A stretch of DNA of 64,000 nt from Strigamia acuminata (GCA_949358305.1 OX442314.1:33418001-33482000), one strand, 5' to 3'. Counted from the first letter of the stretch, positions 52,201 to 63,117 are shown. Numbers and translations: made by a program. Notes: a model not told the origin generated them from the letters alone.

Positions 52201-53871
52201 GGAAGAAGTGAAATTGGCGTCACGGAACGATACCGAAATATGTGCTATTTTGGATTGCGTGAAACGAGAGAAGAAGTTTAGCAAGGAATTACAACGTTTT
52301 GAAATAATGAGACATGAATTATCGGCGAAGTCGGGAGTTTTGTTGCGAGGAACACGCATTGTAATGCCGAGAAGCTTGAGGAAGAAAGTCATTAACATTG
52401 CACACGAAGGTCACCAAGGAATTGTTCGCACCAAACAGCGATTACGACAGAAAGTATGGTGGCCGGGAATGGACGAAGAGGTGAAAGCAGTAGTTCAACA
52501 ATGCCGGGCATGTCAGTTTGGAGGCGCAACGGAGAAGGCAGAGCCGATCCGAAGTACTGTTTTGCCTAAAGGACCTTGGCGGAATTTAGCCATCGATATT
52601 TGCGGACCGTTCGACGATGGACGTTCAATCGTGGTACTCGTGGATTATTATTCGCGCTGGCCGGAAGCGGCAGTGTTAAAATCTACGAGAGCGGAGAAGT
52701 TAATCGAGTGGTTGGAGCAGGTATTCGAGAATTGGGGTTTACCAGAGAGTATAACGTCGGACAACGGGCCCCAATTTGTTTCGGGTGAATTTCGGACATT
52801 TATGAAGGACCTGGGGATACAGCATCGAAGGGTAACACCGTATTGGCCTCAGGCCAATGGCCAAGTTGAACGCCTGAATAAATGCTTCGTGAAAGCGTTT
52901 CGTGCAGCACGCGTAGAAAACCAGGGTTGGAAAAAGAGTCTGGGAAAATTCTTACAGAGCTACCGTAGCACGCCGCACCGAACGACAGGCGCGACGCCTT
53001 TTGAACTGATGACGGGACGGAAAATGCGTGATAAAATCCCGCAAGTATTACAAGAACAGAAGGGCAAGTTGCATCGAGAGGTGAAGATGAAAGATGCAAT
53101 TGAAAAGAAGAAGACGAAAGATTACGCGGATGCGAGAAGGAAAAGCGAGGAAAACACCATTTCCATTGGAGACAGTGTGTTAGTTTCCAAGCCAAGGAAG
53201 CATAAGCTTGACACGGCATTTGAAGAAGGAGTAGCGATAGTCCAGCGGAGATCCGGAAATGCGGTGCTCTTAAGAATGCCAGATGGGAGATGTGTAAAGC
53301 GAAATATCTCGCACGTGAAGCGTTTCATACCGATTGAAGACGATGAGTTGCTGCTGCCAATACCAAACAACAGAGCAGATGCGTTAGAGGAGATTCCAGA
53401 AGCAGAGATGGATGCACCACAGCCTGTGGCACCCCCAGTGCGAGACGAACCACCATTGCGGAGGTCTGCCAGAGAGCGACGTCCACCAGACTTCTTAGGA
53501 ATCGCGAAGTGATGACAAGGAAGTGTTGTTTAATGAATTTACGATGAATAATATTGCTAAAAGAATTCTTTATTAATTGTTCAGGCCTGAACCAAAATTG
53601 TTAGAGTTACGAATTAATGAGATATGTAGAATCGATTAATTTTATTGTCGTTATATAATTTAATTTATATGTTTTATTATTTCCTCCTATGGAGGTTAAT
53701 TGTTAAAGAAAAAGAGTGATGTAGTGTTGCGTACAACTGTCAATAGCTGGCGCTGTCAGCATGATCACCTGGCGGCGCATGGCATTTGATCACATGCTGA
53801 ATAAAGCTGAGTAATCAGTTCATCACCTGAATGCATCGCGTCCACTTCCTTTGCGTAGCTAGAACCTCACA
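49211..53871 (+). mobile_element. Intact Mag-like Ty3/Gypsy LTR retrotransposon (4661 bp) nested antisense in the host pol
   Basis: 152-bp LTRs (49211-49362, 53720-53871) with no differences seen; 5-bp TSD CTCAC; PBS TGGCGACGAGGAT (tRNA-Ser(GCT)-type); PPT AAAGAAAAAGAGTGA. Confidence 0.97.
49448..53512 (+). CDS. gag-pol: Single-frame Gag-Pol polyprotein (1354 aa)
   Basis: Two CCHC knuckles, protease LIDSGS, RT (RLFFG, SLDD), RNase H (VDAS, EKEALAV, TDHK, ADALSR) and integrase HHCC + D,D35E; no stops. Confidence 0.97.
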   Translation: MATGLNLPTVANFVLSDGNLDQKWKKWSSAFEFYLLAANIVEDTQKKALLLHLAGQDVQDIYGTFGMKDKKNYDATVTALATYFNPRKNLRYERHIFRQQAQDGAESMDTYVTRLKTLVKTCEYGTLEDDLLVDQIIEKGRDKALRRRLLREETVTLDSVLKMARAAEASEKHAVLMERDGGAKIKEEDVSQIREEKKSFRGRGTKRAGSQFRKSGAKPQNIGDRQGSKPREGAECFRCGRAGHLANECTIAKDKECGFCHKLGHFAKVCRMKNATPGRGRGAKDRVQYVGVSGSPDGYDSDCSFRIATSMKEDCVRVTIAQQEVKMLIDSGSSANLINLETWNLLKKRGVIAQPSTTTLYAYGIKTPLKISGQFFAEIKKGDRTVNAKFVIVPSGDVSLLSRRTSKELGVLKIEEEIIRSVEENAALDETLLGVRGELADKVRKHRNLFVGIGKLKDYELELYIDETVKPVAQSVRRIPFHIRKQVDLEIDRLLAEDIIEPVTGPTDWVSPMVPVKKADGTIRICLDMRAVNQAVKRRRHPLPTMEEVLEEIDGAEVISKLDCRWGYLQIPLREDSRKYTVFVTHRGLFRYKRLFFGIASAPEEYQQIVQTILEECEGTKNSLDDIVVHGKTVAEHDARLVKVLEVLEKNGLTLNAKKCCFGLTKLNFLGHVISKHGISVADQKIKAVKDASSPKTETEVRSFLGLVNYCGRYIKDFATLAEPLRVVTRKSGGFKWGKEQEKAFVLLKEALCRAETLAFFRKNAQTRLIVDASPVGLGAVLVQRQTDGHNQPIAYASRTLSQVERRYSQTEKEALAVVWGCERFRIYLIGLAFELITDHKALEVIYSVKSRPSARIERWVLRLQPFEFSIRHKPGSTNIADALSRLLPEGEGKTIVGETEKHVHFIMANAVPKAMTLEEVKLASRNDTEICAILDCVKREKKFSKELQRFEIMRHELSAKSGVLLRGTRIVMPRSLRKKVINIAHEGHQGIVRTKQRLRQKVWWPGMDEEVKAVVQQCRACQFGGATEKAEPIRSTVLPKGPWRNLAIDICGPFDDGRSIVVLVDYYSRWPEAAVLKSTRAEKLIEWLEQVFENWGLPESITSDNGPQFVSGEFRTFMKDLGIQHRRVTPYWPQANGQVERLNKCFVKAFRAARVENQGWKKSLGKFLQSYRSTPHRTTGATPFELMTGRKMRDKIPQVLQEQKGKLHREVKMKDAIEKKKTKDYADARRKSEENTISIGDSVLVSKPRKHKLDTAFEEGVAIVQRRSGNAVLLRMPDGRCVKRNISHVKRFIPIEDDELLLPIPNNRADALEEIPEAEMDAPQPVAPPVRDEPPLRRSARERRPPDFLGIAK

Positions 53872-55354
53872 CTCACTTGTCTTGGAAAAGTTCGCAATAA
53901 AAGATTGATAATAACCCACCATACCTTTGAAACGTTGTAACTCGCGCAAATTTGTTGGCGCAGGATAATTTTGGATAGCTGACACTTTTTTTGGATTTGG
54001 AGAAATTTGACCAGATTCCACGATGTGGCCCAGAACTTCGAGGCGCTGTTGACAGAGCTCGGTTTTGTTGGCGTTCATGGTGAAACCGGCGTCAAACAGT
54101 TCTTCCAAGACGAGGCGCAAATGTTGAACATGCTCCTCAAATGTTTTGCTAAAAATAATAACATCATCAATGTATACAAATACAAATTTGTACAAATATT
54201 TGGCCAAGGTTTTGTTCATCGCTCTTTGGAGTGTTGCAGGGCCGTTGATGGGGCCAAAGGGCATACGAACGTATTCAAACAGTCCTCTATGTGTGATGAA
54301 GGCCAAGAATCGCTCATCTCCCTTGCGCACTCCGATCTGGTGAAAGGCCTCGCGCCCGTCGATTATCGAGAACCAATGTGCACCTCCTAAATACGCAAAT
54401 ATATTGTCTATATCCGGAAGTGGATACACATCCGGAATTGTTTGCGCATTTATGGGTCGGAAGTCCATCGCTGTTCTCCATTCTCCGGTCTTTTTGGGCA
54501 CGACCACTGGAGCGACGGCGCAATCACTTTGTGAACGGCGAATTATACCTTGTTGTAGTTTCTTATCGATGTATCTGTCAATAATTGCCTTTTTCGCAGG
54601 GTTTACAGGTCGTACTGGCACATGAATCGGACGAAAATCCGGTTTCAAATTAACCTCATATTCCGTATTATTACATAAACCGATTTCCTCACGGAAAATC
54701 TGCGAAATTGGCTGGAAAGTTTCTATTAGTAGTTTAATTTGCGTAATAGTCAAATGGTTCCATAACTGGTGGTAAATCCAATCGAGATCGGTCGGATTCT
54801 CACTGGGCTGGTACTGTAAAAAGTTGATGTTGTTAACAATTGGATTTGAGTCATTCTCACCATTATCAGGTTGCGGAGAGGCGTTGGTGTTGTTGATTAA
54901 CTTCTTTTTGTCGTTAATATCCTTTGGCTCGTTGCGCAATCAATAGTTTGGCGATGGGACAAATAACATTCAATTTGTGACGAAGGCGGCGCAGTCGGCG
55001 AAATTGACTTAATGTTAACTTACGAGAAATGATTTTCTTTACTTTACTCGAAGCTCTCGCAGTTTCCTTCCGCTTTGGTGACCAAACATTTGACCACGTC
55101 GTTCGACTGCGGTGCCTAATTGTCTTTATTTGACGTTGTGAGTCGTCGTTCGGATACTCAAAAACCTCATTTTTCAATGGTTGATGTAATAGCAACACAC
55201 AGTTAATGTCATTGGGTGGGGGTGGTCTCTTGAGTATTTTATTTGGAACAATCTCACTTATTTTAGCTGATGGAGTTGCTGATTTATCCAGTTCCTCCGG
55301 TGCCATTGGTAATACGAGAATTGACTCGGATTTTTTGGCGTCTTCATAGGTCAC
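53872..55354 (-). pseudogene. pol: Reverse transcriptase of the large Gypsy pol, with upstream linker
   Basis: WRTAMDFRPIN, YPLPDID, RMPFG and YIDDVIIFS motifs; frameshift near 54930. Rejoins 49210 as NFSKTSE|VFRPLLKK when the nested element is removed. Confidence 0.95.
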
Positions 55355-55357
55355 GAA

Positions 55358-56287
55358 TTAACGAATTTCGTCTGAGCCAGCCAAGCTCCACTGGCTCCGT
55401 CCATGATCGATGGTTGCTCCGACTGCTTGATTAAAGTCTCGTCCGAGGATCAAGTCATTTTTGGCATCAGGCAACACTAAACACACGAATTTTACTACTC
55501 CTAATGGCGCTCGCAACGCAAGCGTCACTGATTTTGAGGCAGTAACTACATGTCCAGAAGCGACCTGTACTTTTTCATGTAAATTAATAAATTCGAGTCC
55601 CATTTTTTCGTGAAGTTGTTGAAATAATTCCTCGCTCATGATACAAGTTTGAGCACCTGAATCTAGAAGCGCGGTAAATGATACGTTTGCCCAAGATATT
55701 TTTACGCATGGAGCTTCTCTGCGCAATCTATCTGCGCGTGTTATCTCAATAATTGGTTCTTGAGATTCTCTAAGCTCTTCCGATGTCAACATGACAAAAG
55801 ATACCTTCATTGGAGCGATCACTTCCTTGGGCGCTTCCGCTGAATTGACACTGGAAGTAGTCTTAATAATGGGTAATTTAAGGTTTTTACTCACATTCTT
55901 GGTGATTTGTTTCTGTGCAGTCGCAATTTGCAAAGCTGTCGACTTCGAAACAGGTCCAGATGCTAGTTGGAAAGCCACAGGTTGCAAAACTGAGGTTTTC
56001 CTTTGATTCGTCACTGTCGGTGATGAAGATGAAGATGTGGACGATACAACACTAATTCCGGGTTTAGACTCACGAGGAGTGACAGAAAGAGTAGTTGTTA
56101 CTGGAATAATCCTATCGGAAATGTTCTCGTCAAGGGTGATGTCGGGTGGAGCACGTCTTGTTGATTCCACACGTTTTACGCTTGTGGAGACCGGTTGGTT
56201 TACTTGCGGCCTGGTTCCGCCGGTCGAGGAAACTTCAGGCCGTCGGAGTTTTCCTGCCTCTCGAAAACTTTGTAGCACACAGGACAA
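55358..56287 (-). pseudogene. pol: Aspartic protease region of the large Gypsy pol (-1 frame relative to gag)
   Basis: LLDSGAQ and LILGRDF motifs; an in-frame TAA at 55358-55360 interrupts pol. Confidence 0.9.
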
Positions 56288-58107
56288 ATAGGGCGCCAGG
56301 TTGAGTTTTCAATCATAAACCACCAATCCTTTTTTGTTTTGCGCCAAGCTGCACCTTTTTCGGGAAACTTGACACTTGTTGGAGGTTTTGGTGATGACGG
56401 AAATGTAACAACGGAGGTAGAACAGACATGGTCCTTTGGGAGATCTGCAGGGGGCGCAATTGTGGTTGAATTTACTGAAATGTTCACCTTTTGCGCAGCT
56501 CCGGCGACAGAACTCTTTTTGGTGTCCACTTCCGGTTCCGACTCGCTGCTGCTACTTGAATTTGGTTCCTGTGGCGGCGAAGGTCGCTCAGGTCGGGCTT
56601 CCAGCGCAGCTAGTTCTAACATAAGTTGTTGTTTACGATAGCGCGTAAAACGTCTGGCGTCGTTGGACGTGGAAGGTTTAGGTTCGGCTTCACCTCTGGA
56701 CTTGTCCACGGATTTCAACACGGTGGGGGATGAGGGGTTTGCTTCTGAAAAAGGTGCAAACTGATCAACGAGACCCAAGTTTTTATACTCAGTTTTGCGG
56801 TGAGAGTCGAGTAGTAGTCGATTGTCCACGTCGTTTCCCATTTGAATTGCTTCGTCAATTGTTTTGACGTGCATTGTTCTCAAAAGTTGGACAACGTCGG
56901 ACAACAGCATGTTCTGTGCTTTCTCCCATTGTAATCCAGGGTCTGTGTAGCCTGCAATTTCTAAATAGTATATTATTTCGCTGAGGAAAGTCATGGTGGA
57001 TTCTCCACTGCGTTGCTTGCGATTTGCTATTTTCACGTTGGCAGCCGCTGAATTCATGGAGAATGCCTTACGAAACAATGCCTCGAAATCATTCCACGTT
57101 TTGGGTTTTGGTTTAAGTGCCAACCACCAACGTTGCGCCTTATTACGGGTTGCTTGAATTATATTTACTTTCAAATACTCCTCCTCGGGCATGCGTGTGG
57201 AATACATATGCGCATATAATTGCGCAAGAAACAAATTAACAGAGTCAAGTGTAGCCTTCTCAGGGTCAAAGTATGGGAGTTTTTCCTTATAATTGTTATA
57301 TCCTCGGGAAGAGTCCTCTCGTCTTACTCGAATTGATGGTAGAGACAATTGGGCCCTTACTTCGGATGGGTGCCCTGTGTTGTTAATTTTGGCACATAAT
57401 AAAGAATTCATCACCTGCTGATTGGCTTTTGTTGAATCCACAATTTGTGATGCCACGGACGGACATTGAGTAAAAGTAGTGGCCTGCGTCATTACCGGTG
57501 GCGTTGTTGTTGTAGACGTCGGTTGCGCAGTGATGGTTGTGGGCGCAATTTGTTGTTGGTGGCTCGCTCCTCCACACTGAGGAACTTCCGTGGAAAGTTC
57601 ATTTCCTAATGGTGCCGAATTGCCTATTACCCTTATGGATCCATGAGAGGACCCACCATCCTCTGACGGGGGTGTCGTCGGACGTGGAGGGCTAGTGCCT
57701 TGTTGGTAAATGCTACGCATTTCTTTGAGTAATCCCTGTGCTTGAACGAAAAACTGATTACGAATATCACACATCAATAAAGCTTCGGAATGTAAAATTG
57801 CCGGATTCATTGATATTCCTGACACGCCAGGAGTGAAGAAAGCTGGAGGCACGAGCTGATACGCTGGTGTTGACGTGGCAACTGTCGTTGGCGCAGAAAT
57901 GTTTACGCCAGGTATTGGAGCCGACATGTTGTCGCGAAAAGTTTGCGGCATTGAATTCGCAATGGTTATCAATAACTCACTTTGTTCCGCTCGTGCTCGC
58001 CTTAAACGCTCATAACGATGCCAGTCGAGAGACGAAGCCAGCTCGTCCAAATCAAAGGGGTCTCTTACAGTGGGGTTTTCCTCACCGTTTCCCAACTCAT
58101 TCGACAT
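56200..58107 (-). CDS. gag: Gag of the large Gypsy element (635 aa)
   Basis: First ORF after the PBS; capsid-like motifs KAQRWW...TWNDFEALFRKAF...RKQRSGES. No intact CCHC knuckle. Confidence 0.88.
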   Translation of the reverse strand: MSNELGNGEENPTVRDPFDLDELASSLDWHRYERLRRARAEQSELLITIANSMPQTFRDNMSAPIPGVNISAPTTVATSTPAYQLVPPAFFTPGVSGISMNPAILHSEALLMCDIRNQFFVQAQGLLKEMRSIYQQGTSPPRPTTPPSEDGGSSHGSIRVIGNSAPLGNELSTEVPQCGGASHQQQIAPTTITAQPTSTTTTPPVMTQATTFTQCPSVASQIVDSTKANQQVMNSLLCAKINNTGHPSEVRAQLSLPSIRVRREDSSRGYNNYKEKLPYFDPEKATLDSVNLFLAQLYAHMYSTRMPEEEYLKVNIIQATRNKAQRWWLALKPKPKTWNDFEALFRKAFSMNSAAANVKIANRKQRSGESTMTFLSEIIYYLEIAGYTDPGLQWEKAQNMLLSDVVQLLRTMHVKTIDEAIQMGNDVDNRLLLDSHRKTEYKNLGLVDQFAPFSEANPSSPTVLKSVDKSRGEAEPKPSTSNDARRFTRYRKQQLMLELAALEARPERPSPPQEPNSSSSSESEPEVDTKKSSVAGAAQKVNISVNSTTIAPPADLPKDHVCSTSVVTFPSSPKPPTSVKFPEKGAAWRKTKKDWWFMIENSTWRPICPVCYKVFERQENSDGLKFPRPAEPGRK

Positions 58108-58188
58108 GATGAAAAAATAATGAAAATGATTAATAATTTAAACGAAAACTTAACTTTCTTGCGCGTTTTCAGCCTAAATAAGCGAGGA

Positions 58189-58205
58189 TCCTGTCAGGCT
58201 CGCCA
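58189..58205 (-). promoter_or_regulatory. Primer-binding site, tRNA-Arg(ACG)-like
   Basis: TGGCGAGCCTGACAGGA, 3 nt inside the 5' LTR. It resembles the complement of the 3' end of animal tRNA-Arg(ACG); the tRNA identity is from memory. Confidence 0.75.
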
Positions 58206-58208
58206 TGT

Positions 58209-58881
58209 TGTCACGATTAATTCTGTTGGTATAATTAATTCCTAACAATATCGTGCAAAAACTAATTCGCGCAATAGTAATGGGCAAAGTTCGTAGATTT
58301 CCCTAAACCTTGTTTCCTTCAAATGAGGACATCCAGAAACTCAGGAAACCTAATACTCGCGTTTGACTAACATAATTTATATTGGACAGTTCCTTGCTTA
58401 CGGCGGGTGTTGTAGTCGTAAAAGAATGGAAGCACGATGATATTAACCTAAAGTGGAAAGGGGATATCATCGGGCAGTGATAATATAAAAGATGGCGGCT
58501 TAGAAAATAGCGCAATAGGGTTAGATGTAAGAGCGCTTGTTGAAGGCGCAAATCATAGCAGACTAAATCTAAATGTTATTAAGGGAAATTGGTGTTATCC
58601 GTTAGAGAGCATAAGAAGAAGTGATTAAACTTAGGATGATTGGAAAGAGGAAAACTCAGTCATGTGACTGGTCAGATCAATTAGAGAAGGGGGTGGAAAG
58701 GTGAAAATAGGAGTTCAATTGTTAAGAATAATGATATGCGCATCATCCAGATTGCGCATTCATTAAATGAAGATGAGTAAGCGAGATGAATCATTACGAG
58801 TGTCAGAAACAAGAAAATATTATAAGAAATAAGATTGGGTTATTCTAAAATAAAAATAGGCGGGTAGACGTGCCCGTGACA
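58209..58881 (-). repeat. 5' LTR of the large Gypsy element
   Basis: 673 bp, about 99% identical to 38311-38983; followed by TSD AAGC. Confidence 0.97.
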
Positions 58882-59659
58882 AAGCTTAAATATTAATTCC
58901 GAATTTTTTTTTGTTTAGGAAATCTGAAGACACCTGGCAAGAGGAGGTGCAATGACCACAAGAAGCGTCTACATAAATATGATTCGTTTGCGCAAACTGC
59001 CATTCGTTCCAAAGTGCATGAATTTTATCGAAGACGGGAGGTTCCAACAATACGAAAGGTTGCTACTGTTATTCGAAGTGACGACACACTGCCGAATTTA
59101 AGTGTACTTGTATCTGCATTACGGCTTTTGTTGCATGATATTGGCTTTAAGTTCATGAAGCGGAAACGAAATGCTGCTCTTTATTGTTGCTTGGCGGAGG
59201 AAGTATCTGCGGGAGATTAGAGCCCATCGTCTGGCAGATAGACAAATTTATTACACAGACGAAACATGGGTAAATGCAGGTAATTAATTTAATTATAAAA
59301 ATTTAAACTCAATACTAATTAATAATTATTATTACAGATGAATACGTAACCAAGAAATGGGCAGACAGTACCATCAAATCACACAGAGATGCTTTTTTGA
59401 ATGGATTAACAACAGCACTGAAACATCCTACATCTAAAGGCGGGAGGTTGATTGTCAGTCATATTGGATGTGAGACCGGATTCGTCAAGAATGGTTTGCT
59501 GGTTTTCAAGTACTTCGTAATTTAATTTGACTCTGTTAAACCAATAGGAGTGCTTGCTTGTAAATATATTAAAAAGACCCTCCAGTGATATAAAGCAGTA
59601 GTAAAACTTTCGACTGTGTGTGTGTGCTTCTTTCTTTTGCAAAAAAAATTTTAGCCGGC

Positions 59660-59918
59660 GCAGTAGTAGAGACCCGCGCGCTATTAGAGGCCCGCGGACT
59701 ATTTACGTAATGGCAACGAAAAACACTTAAAAGTGTGACAATTGAGACGTTTTCCATACGTTTCGGTAATTTTCTGCCGAAACGTATGCAAAACGTGTCA
59801 TTTGTCATCTTTTTTTGGCACATTTCGGGCGTTATTGGCAAAAATAAAATTTGCCCTGCGCGCAATTCGAGGTCCGCGGGCTATTAGAGGCCCGCGTAGT
59901 AATCGATAATGTACGGTA
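59660..59918. mobile_element. Probable MITE fragment
   Basis: Repeated CTATTAGAGGCCCGCG subterminal motifs and a TACGGTA end; the opposite terminus was not found. Confidence 0.4.
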
Positions 59919-61026
59919 ATGTTGACATATTTCTGATTTTACCTTAAGCAGTGTTGGACAAAACCAATTTTTAGCTTAATTCTTAAAACAACTGAATCAG
60001 CACAAAAATAAGAAATTAAACATTAAGACTTACCCAATACATCATCTTCCCCGGTTTTCTTTTCTGGACACTGCATGGACATCATCTAATTGGAGAGAAA
60101 TAAAATACGGTCTAGATTTATATAAAAATTCAAAAGTGTATAATTAAGCATTTACGATATTCTTTTGATTGAATAAATACCATAGATATGAACTTTACTA
60201 TACACCACAAAAAGCTGGTTTTTTGTTTTTTTTTTAATTAAAAGAGTCCGAATGAATTATTATTTTCGAATTTGGGTCAGAAATTTGAGAATTCTTGATC
60301 TTCTAAAGATCATTATTAAAATTTGGATAAATTTATAGAAATTTAGGCCAATTTACTACATTTTGGGTATCTAAAAATTCTTTTTATGCCTGTTTTGGTT
60401 CATTGAAAAAATTGATACCCACTTAAAACGACCTGCCAGTAAAAGCGAGGTTTACTAGCATGCTGGTAAAACTCGAACTATACCGGCATGTAGTTTAAAG
60501 CGAGGTAATACGTTAGCATTTAGACGTGATTGAAATGTCGGGTCTTCAAGAAAGCCATTTCATGATCAGGTTATATTTATTTTTTTATTTCTCAGATGTG
60601 ATTTGCTGACTGCACTAATTTTGTTACTCAACGTCTGTTTGTCTTCATCTGAAACAACACCTCAAATTTAGTTTCTCTGTACTAGTAAATTGATACTTAT
60701 AAGCCAACGTATCGCTTTTTCTGTATGATATATCGCAATAATACAGTTTCTTGAATCGACATCGACATCGTCACACTCTTCAAACCACGTCTAGCAAAAA
60801 TGAAACAAAAAGTTAAAATCCAATTAATAAACAATTGAGCAATTAAATTATCCACTTCAGGTCTAAAATCTAAAATGATCTTACCTATTAATTGTAGAAA
60901 ACATCGGCATAAATCAGATTCTTTTTACAATACAAAAAAAATTTATAGTATACCAGAAAAGGTTTTTTTAATACACATTAAACAAATCATAAAAAAAACT
61001 TGTTACACCAAATCGAATAAAAATTT

Positions 61027-61658
61027 CTATTTAGTCCCAGCAGTAATAATTTTAAAAAAATCTAGTTTGATAAAAAGTGTATCGTCTGTTAAATATAACG
61101 GCTTAAGCTTATCTAACGGCATATACTTTGCTTTTCCCCAGCCTGCATTTACTGCACTGATTGGTTTGTCAAAACCTTGACCTTTCTTCAAATCTGATGG
61201 CACTGGCACACTATGATGATTCTTATGTATCGACTGATCCAACACACTAATTTGCGCAGAATACTCAATGGGCCACGTGAGAATTTCATCGTTCGGGCCT
61301 TTCATCACTTGAATATAAATCGATAAATGAGTTCCCTGTCCGGGACCGTCACCGTTTGGATTGAGTTGTAGTCGCAGTTTATATCCGTACTGCTGATTGT
61401 AAAATGGATCACTATACAGATAAGGATCCTCGTGAAATCTTAATTGATCTTGAAGTTTTGTAAAGTGGTCCACTTTCCAGATGTATGGCGATACGGAAAG
61501 ATCCGATGACAGTTCGTTCCTCAGTTTATCTGGACGAATAAATAAGATAAAATAACAAATAAAATGCACTTTTTTGGTGTTTTTTATTCTTGATTACCGC
61601 AATTCTGGTTCAATTCTTCTATCGTCTTGTTGAGTTTCAATTCGAGATCATTCGTCAT
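61027..61658 (-). CDS. TRAF-type MATH domain protein, 187 aa (exons 61658-61598, 61529-61027)
   Basis: MTNDLELKLNKTIEELNQNC-DKLRNEL helix, then YIWKV..YSDPFY..GYKLRLQLNPNGDG.G.GTHLSIY..MKGPND.IL.WP; phase-1 GT-AG intron. Confidence 0.9.
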
Positions 61659-62128
61659 GTTCAGTTATCAGTTTTCGTCGAATTAGCTGCATGAGAAGGT
61701 GAGAAATGGAGTTACATGTGTGAAATGGGCAATGAACGTCCAGTTGTAAGATTAGTTTAGTTTGCTTCGCCAGAAAATCGACGGAATAATACGGTTTGAT
61801 GCCTGTTGTGTGTGGTCACATGACTTGACAAGTGGCGACCTCTTTACATTTGCAAACGACAACAAATTAGTAATTTATTAATTAATAATCATTAATTATA
61901 CGTATTAATTGCATTAATTATCAATCAGGCTATAATTATTCATCCGGGCACTTTTAATTTAGAAAAAAACAACCAGCTTTTCACTTATACCAACATGGCG
62001 GTATAAGCTTTGTATCTGAGAATCCAGCCAAAAAATTTGTTGCCTGCAGTGGCATGCGGCTTAAAGGAGGGTAATACAGCAAACATTTGGAAAAAAAATA
62101 ATACCAGTTAATTACATATTGGTGTGAC

Positions 62129-62485
62129 TGTTTGGACGGACGCCACGTGGTCAGGGGAGGGCCACGAGATGCTGGACACAACACACACGATGATTTACCA
62201 ACGAAATACAACAGAAACACAGTTTAGTTATTATTATAGCTTTATTGTTGTCTAGGGGTATGATTGGTGTCTCATATGTATTTCCCAATGTGATTGCTGC
62301 GAAACAGCCATCCCTAACAAGACCGCCGTAACGTTCGATGAACGACGGATGGACGCGGCTTACTTGAACGCTCAGGTCGCGGTGGGGGACAGAGTCGCCA
62401 CGCCGATCATTTGGTTCGTGATCATAGTCAGTTCAATGAAGCGGTCGTAGAAGCGACTGTTTGCCTTGCTGGCTAGAAGAGAACT
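62129..62485 (-). repeat. Diverged copy of the 33265-33649 repeat (probable solo LTR)
   Basis: Shared sequence blocks in inverted orientation. Confidence 0.55.
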
Positions 62486-63117
62486 TATTTCGGCCTCTGC
62501 GGGGCCTACCACTTCCGGAAAAGCACTTCCGGGTCTAGATTGGTGGAACCAACGGCCCGCAGCTCCACCTGGTTGCGGGGGACCGCAACAGGTCTCGCAC
62601 GAGAAACACGAGGTGCGCGAGAGCTGCACTAAGTGCCTTGTATTGCAGGTAAATGATCAGCCTTTGGGGGCAGCTGGTCACATTTGGGCAAAAAGTACCA
62701 GTTCGTTACTTACGAATGATTTTTGTACCAGAGAGGTGTTTGCAAGTCGAATTGTTCGCAAGTCCTGCAAATGTGTAAAAGGTGAAAAAATTGTTCATCG
62801 TACTTAAAGAAAACACTTTTTTTTATTAAAAATTTATAAAGGATGAAGTCTTTAAGTGAAGTCTTAAATTTATAAAGGGGTACATATTAAACAAAAATTA
62901 TAATCTTAGTATTTTATAATCACAAGTACTATACACACAAATTTTTAAGTTTAAAATTCGAAATTTCTACCTCTAAAACTTCGTTAAGGTTCGACAAAAT
63001 TCAGAACGAAGTACGATAGAAATAAAACAAATTTTACTATTAAAAAAGAAAAAAAAAATGACGTAAAATTACGTTACAATATTTCACATATTGTAACAAA
63101 GACTTCAACATTACCAA

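Larger units (their letters stand above)
38311..58881 (-). mobile_element. Full-length large Ty3/Gypsy LTR retrotransposon (20571 bp with insertions; ~14.4 kb native)
   Basis: Paired 673-bp TGT...ACA LTRs, 4-bp TSD AAGC, PBS, PPT and gag-PR-RT-RH-IN order, plus an extra ORF. Confidence 0.97.
37638..59510 (+). mobile_element. Degenerate intron-containing IS630/Tc1-superfamily transposon (possibly Sailor/DD82E-like) split by the large Gypsy element
   Basis: Exon 1 ends at 38266 (CAGG|GTGAGT). Exon 2 (58919-59279) continues in phase: GNLKTPGKRR...VPTIRKV...DIGFKF...WRRKYLREIR...IYYTDETWVNA, with one frameshift. Exon 3 from 59338: W.D...AFLNGL...KGGRLIVSHIG...GFV. The 3' end is missing. The subfamily name is from memory of motifs only. 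Confidence 0.75.

Noticed and set aside
43787..58245. Many antisense or alternate-frame ORFs over the Gypsy genes
   Set aside because: These are shadow ORFs of real coding frames with no recognisable motifs. The first residues of 46989-49271 and the last residues of 53815-54939 come from the nested LTR.
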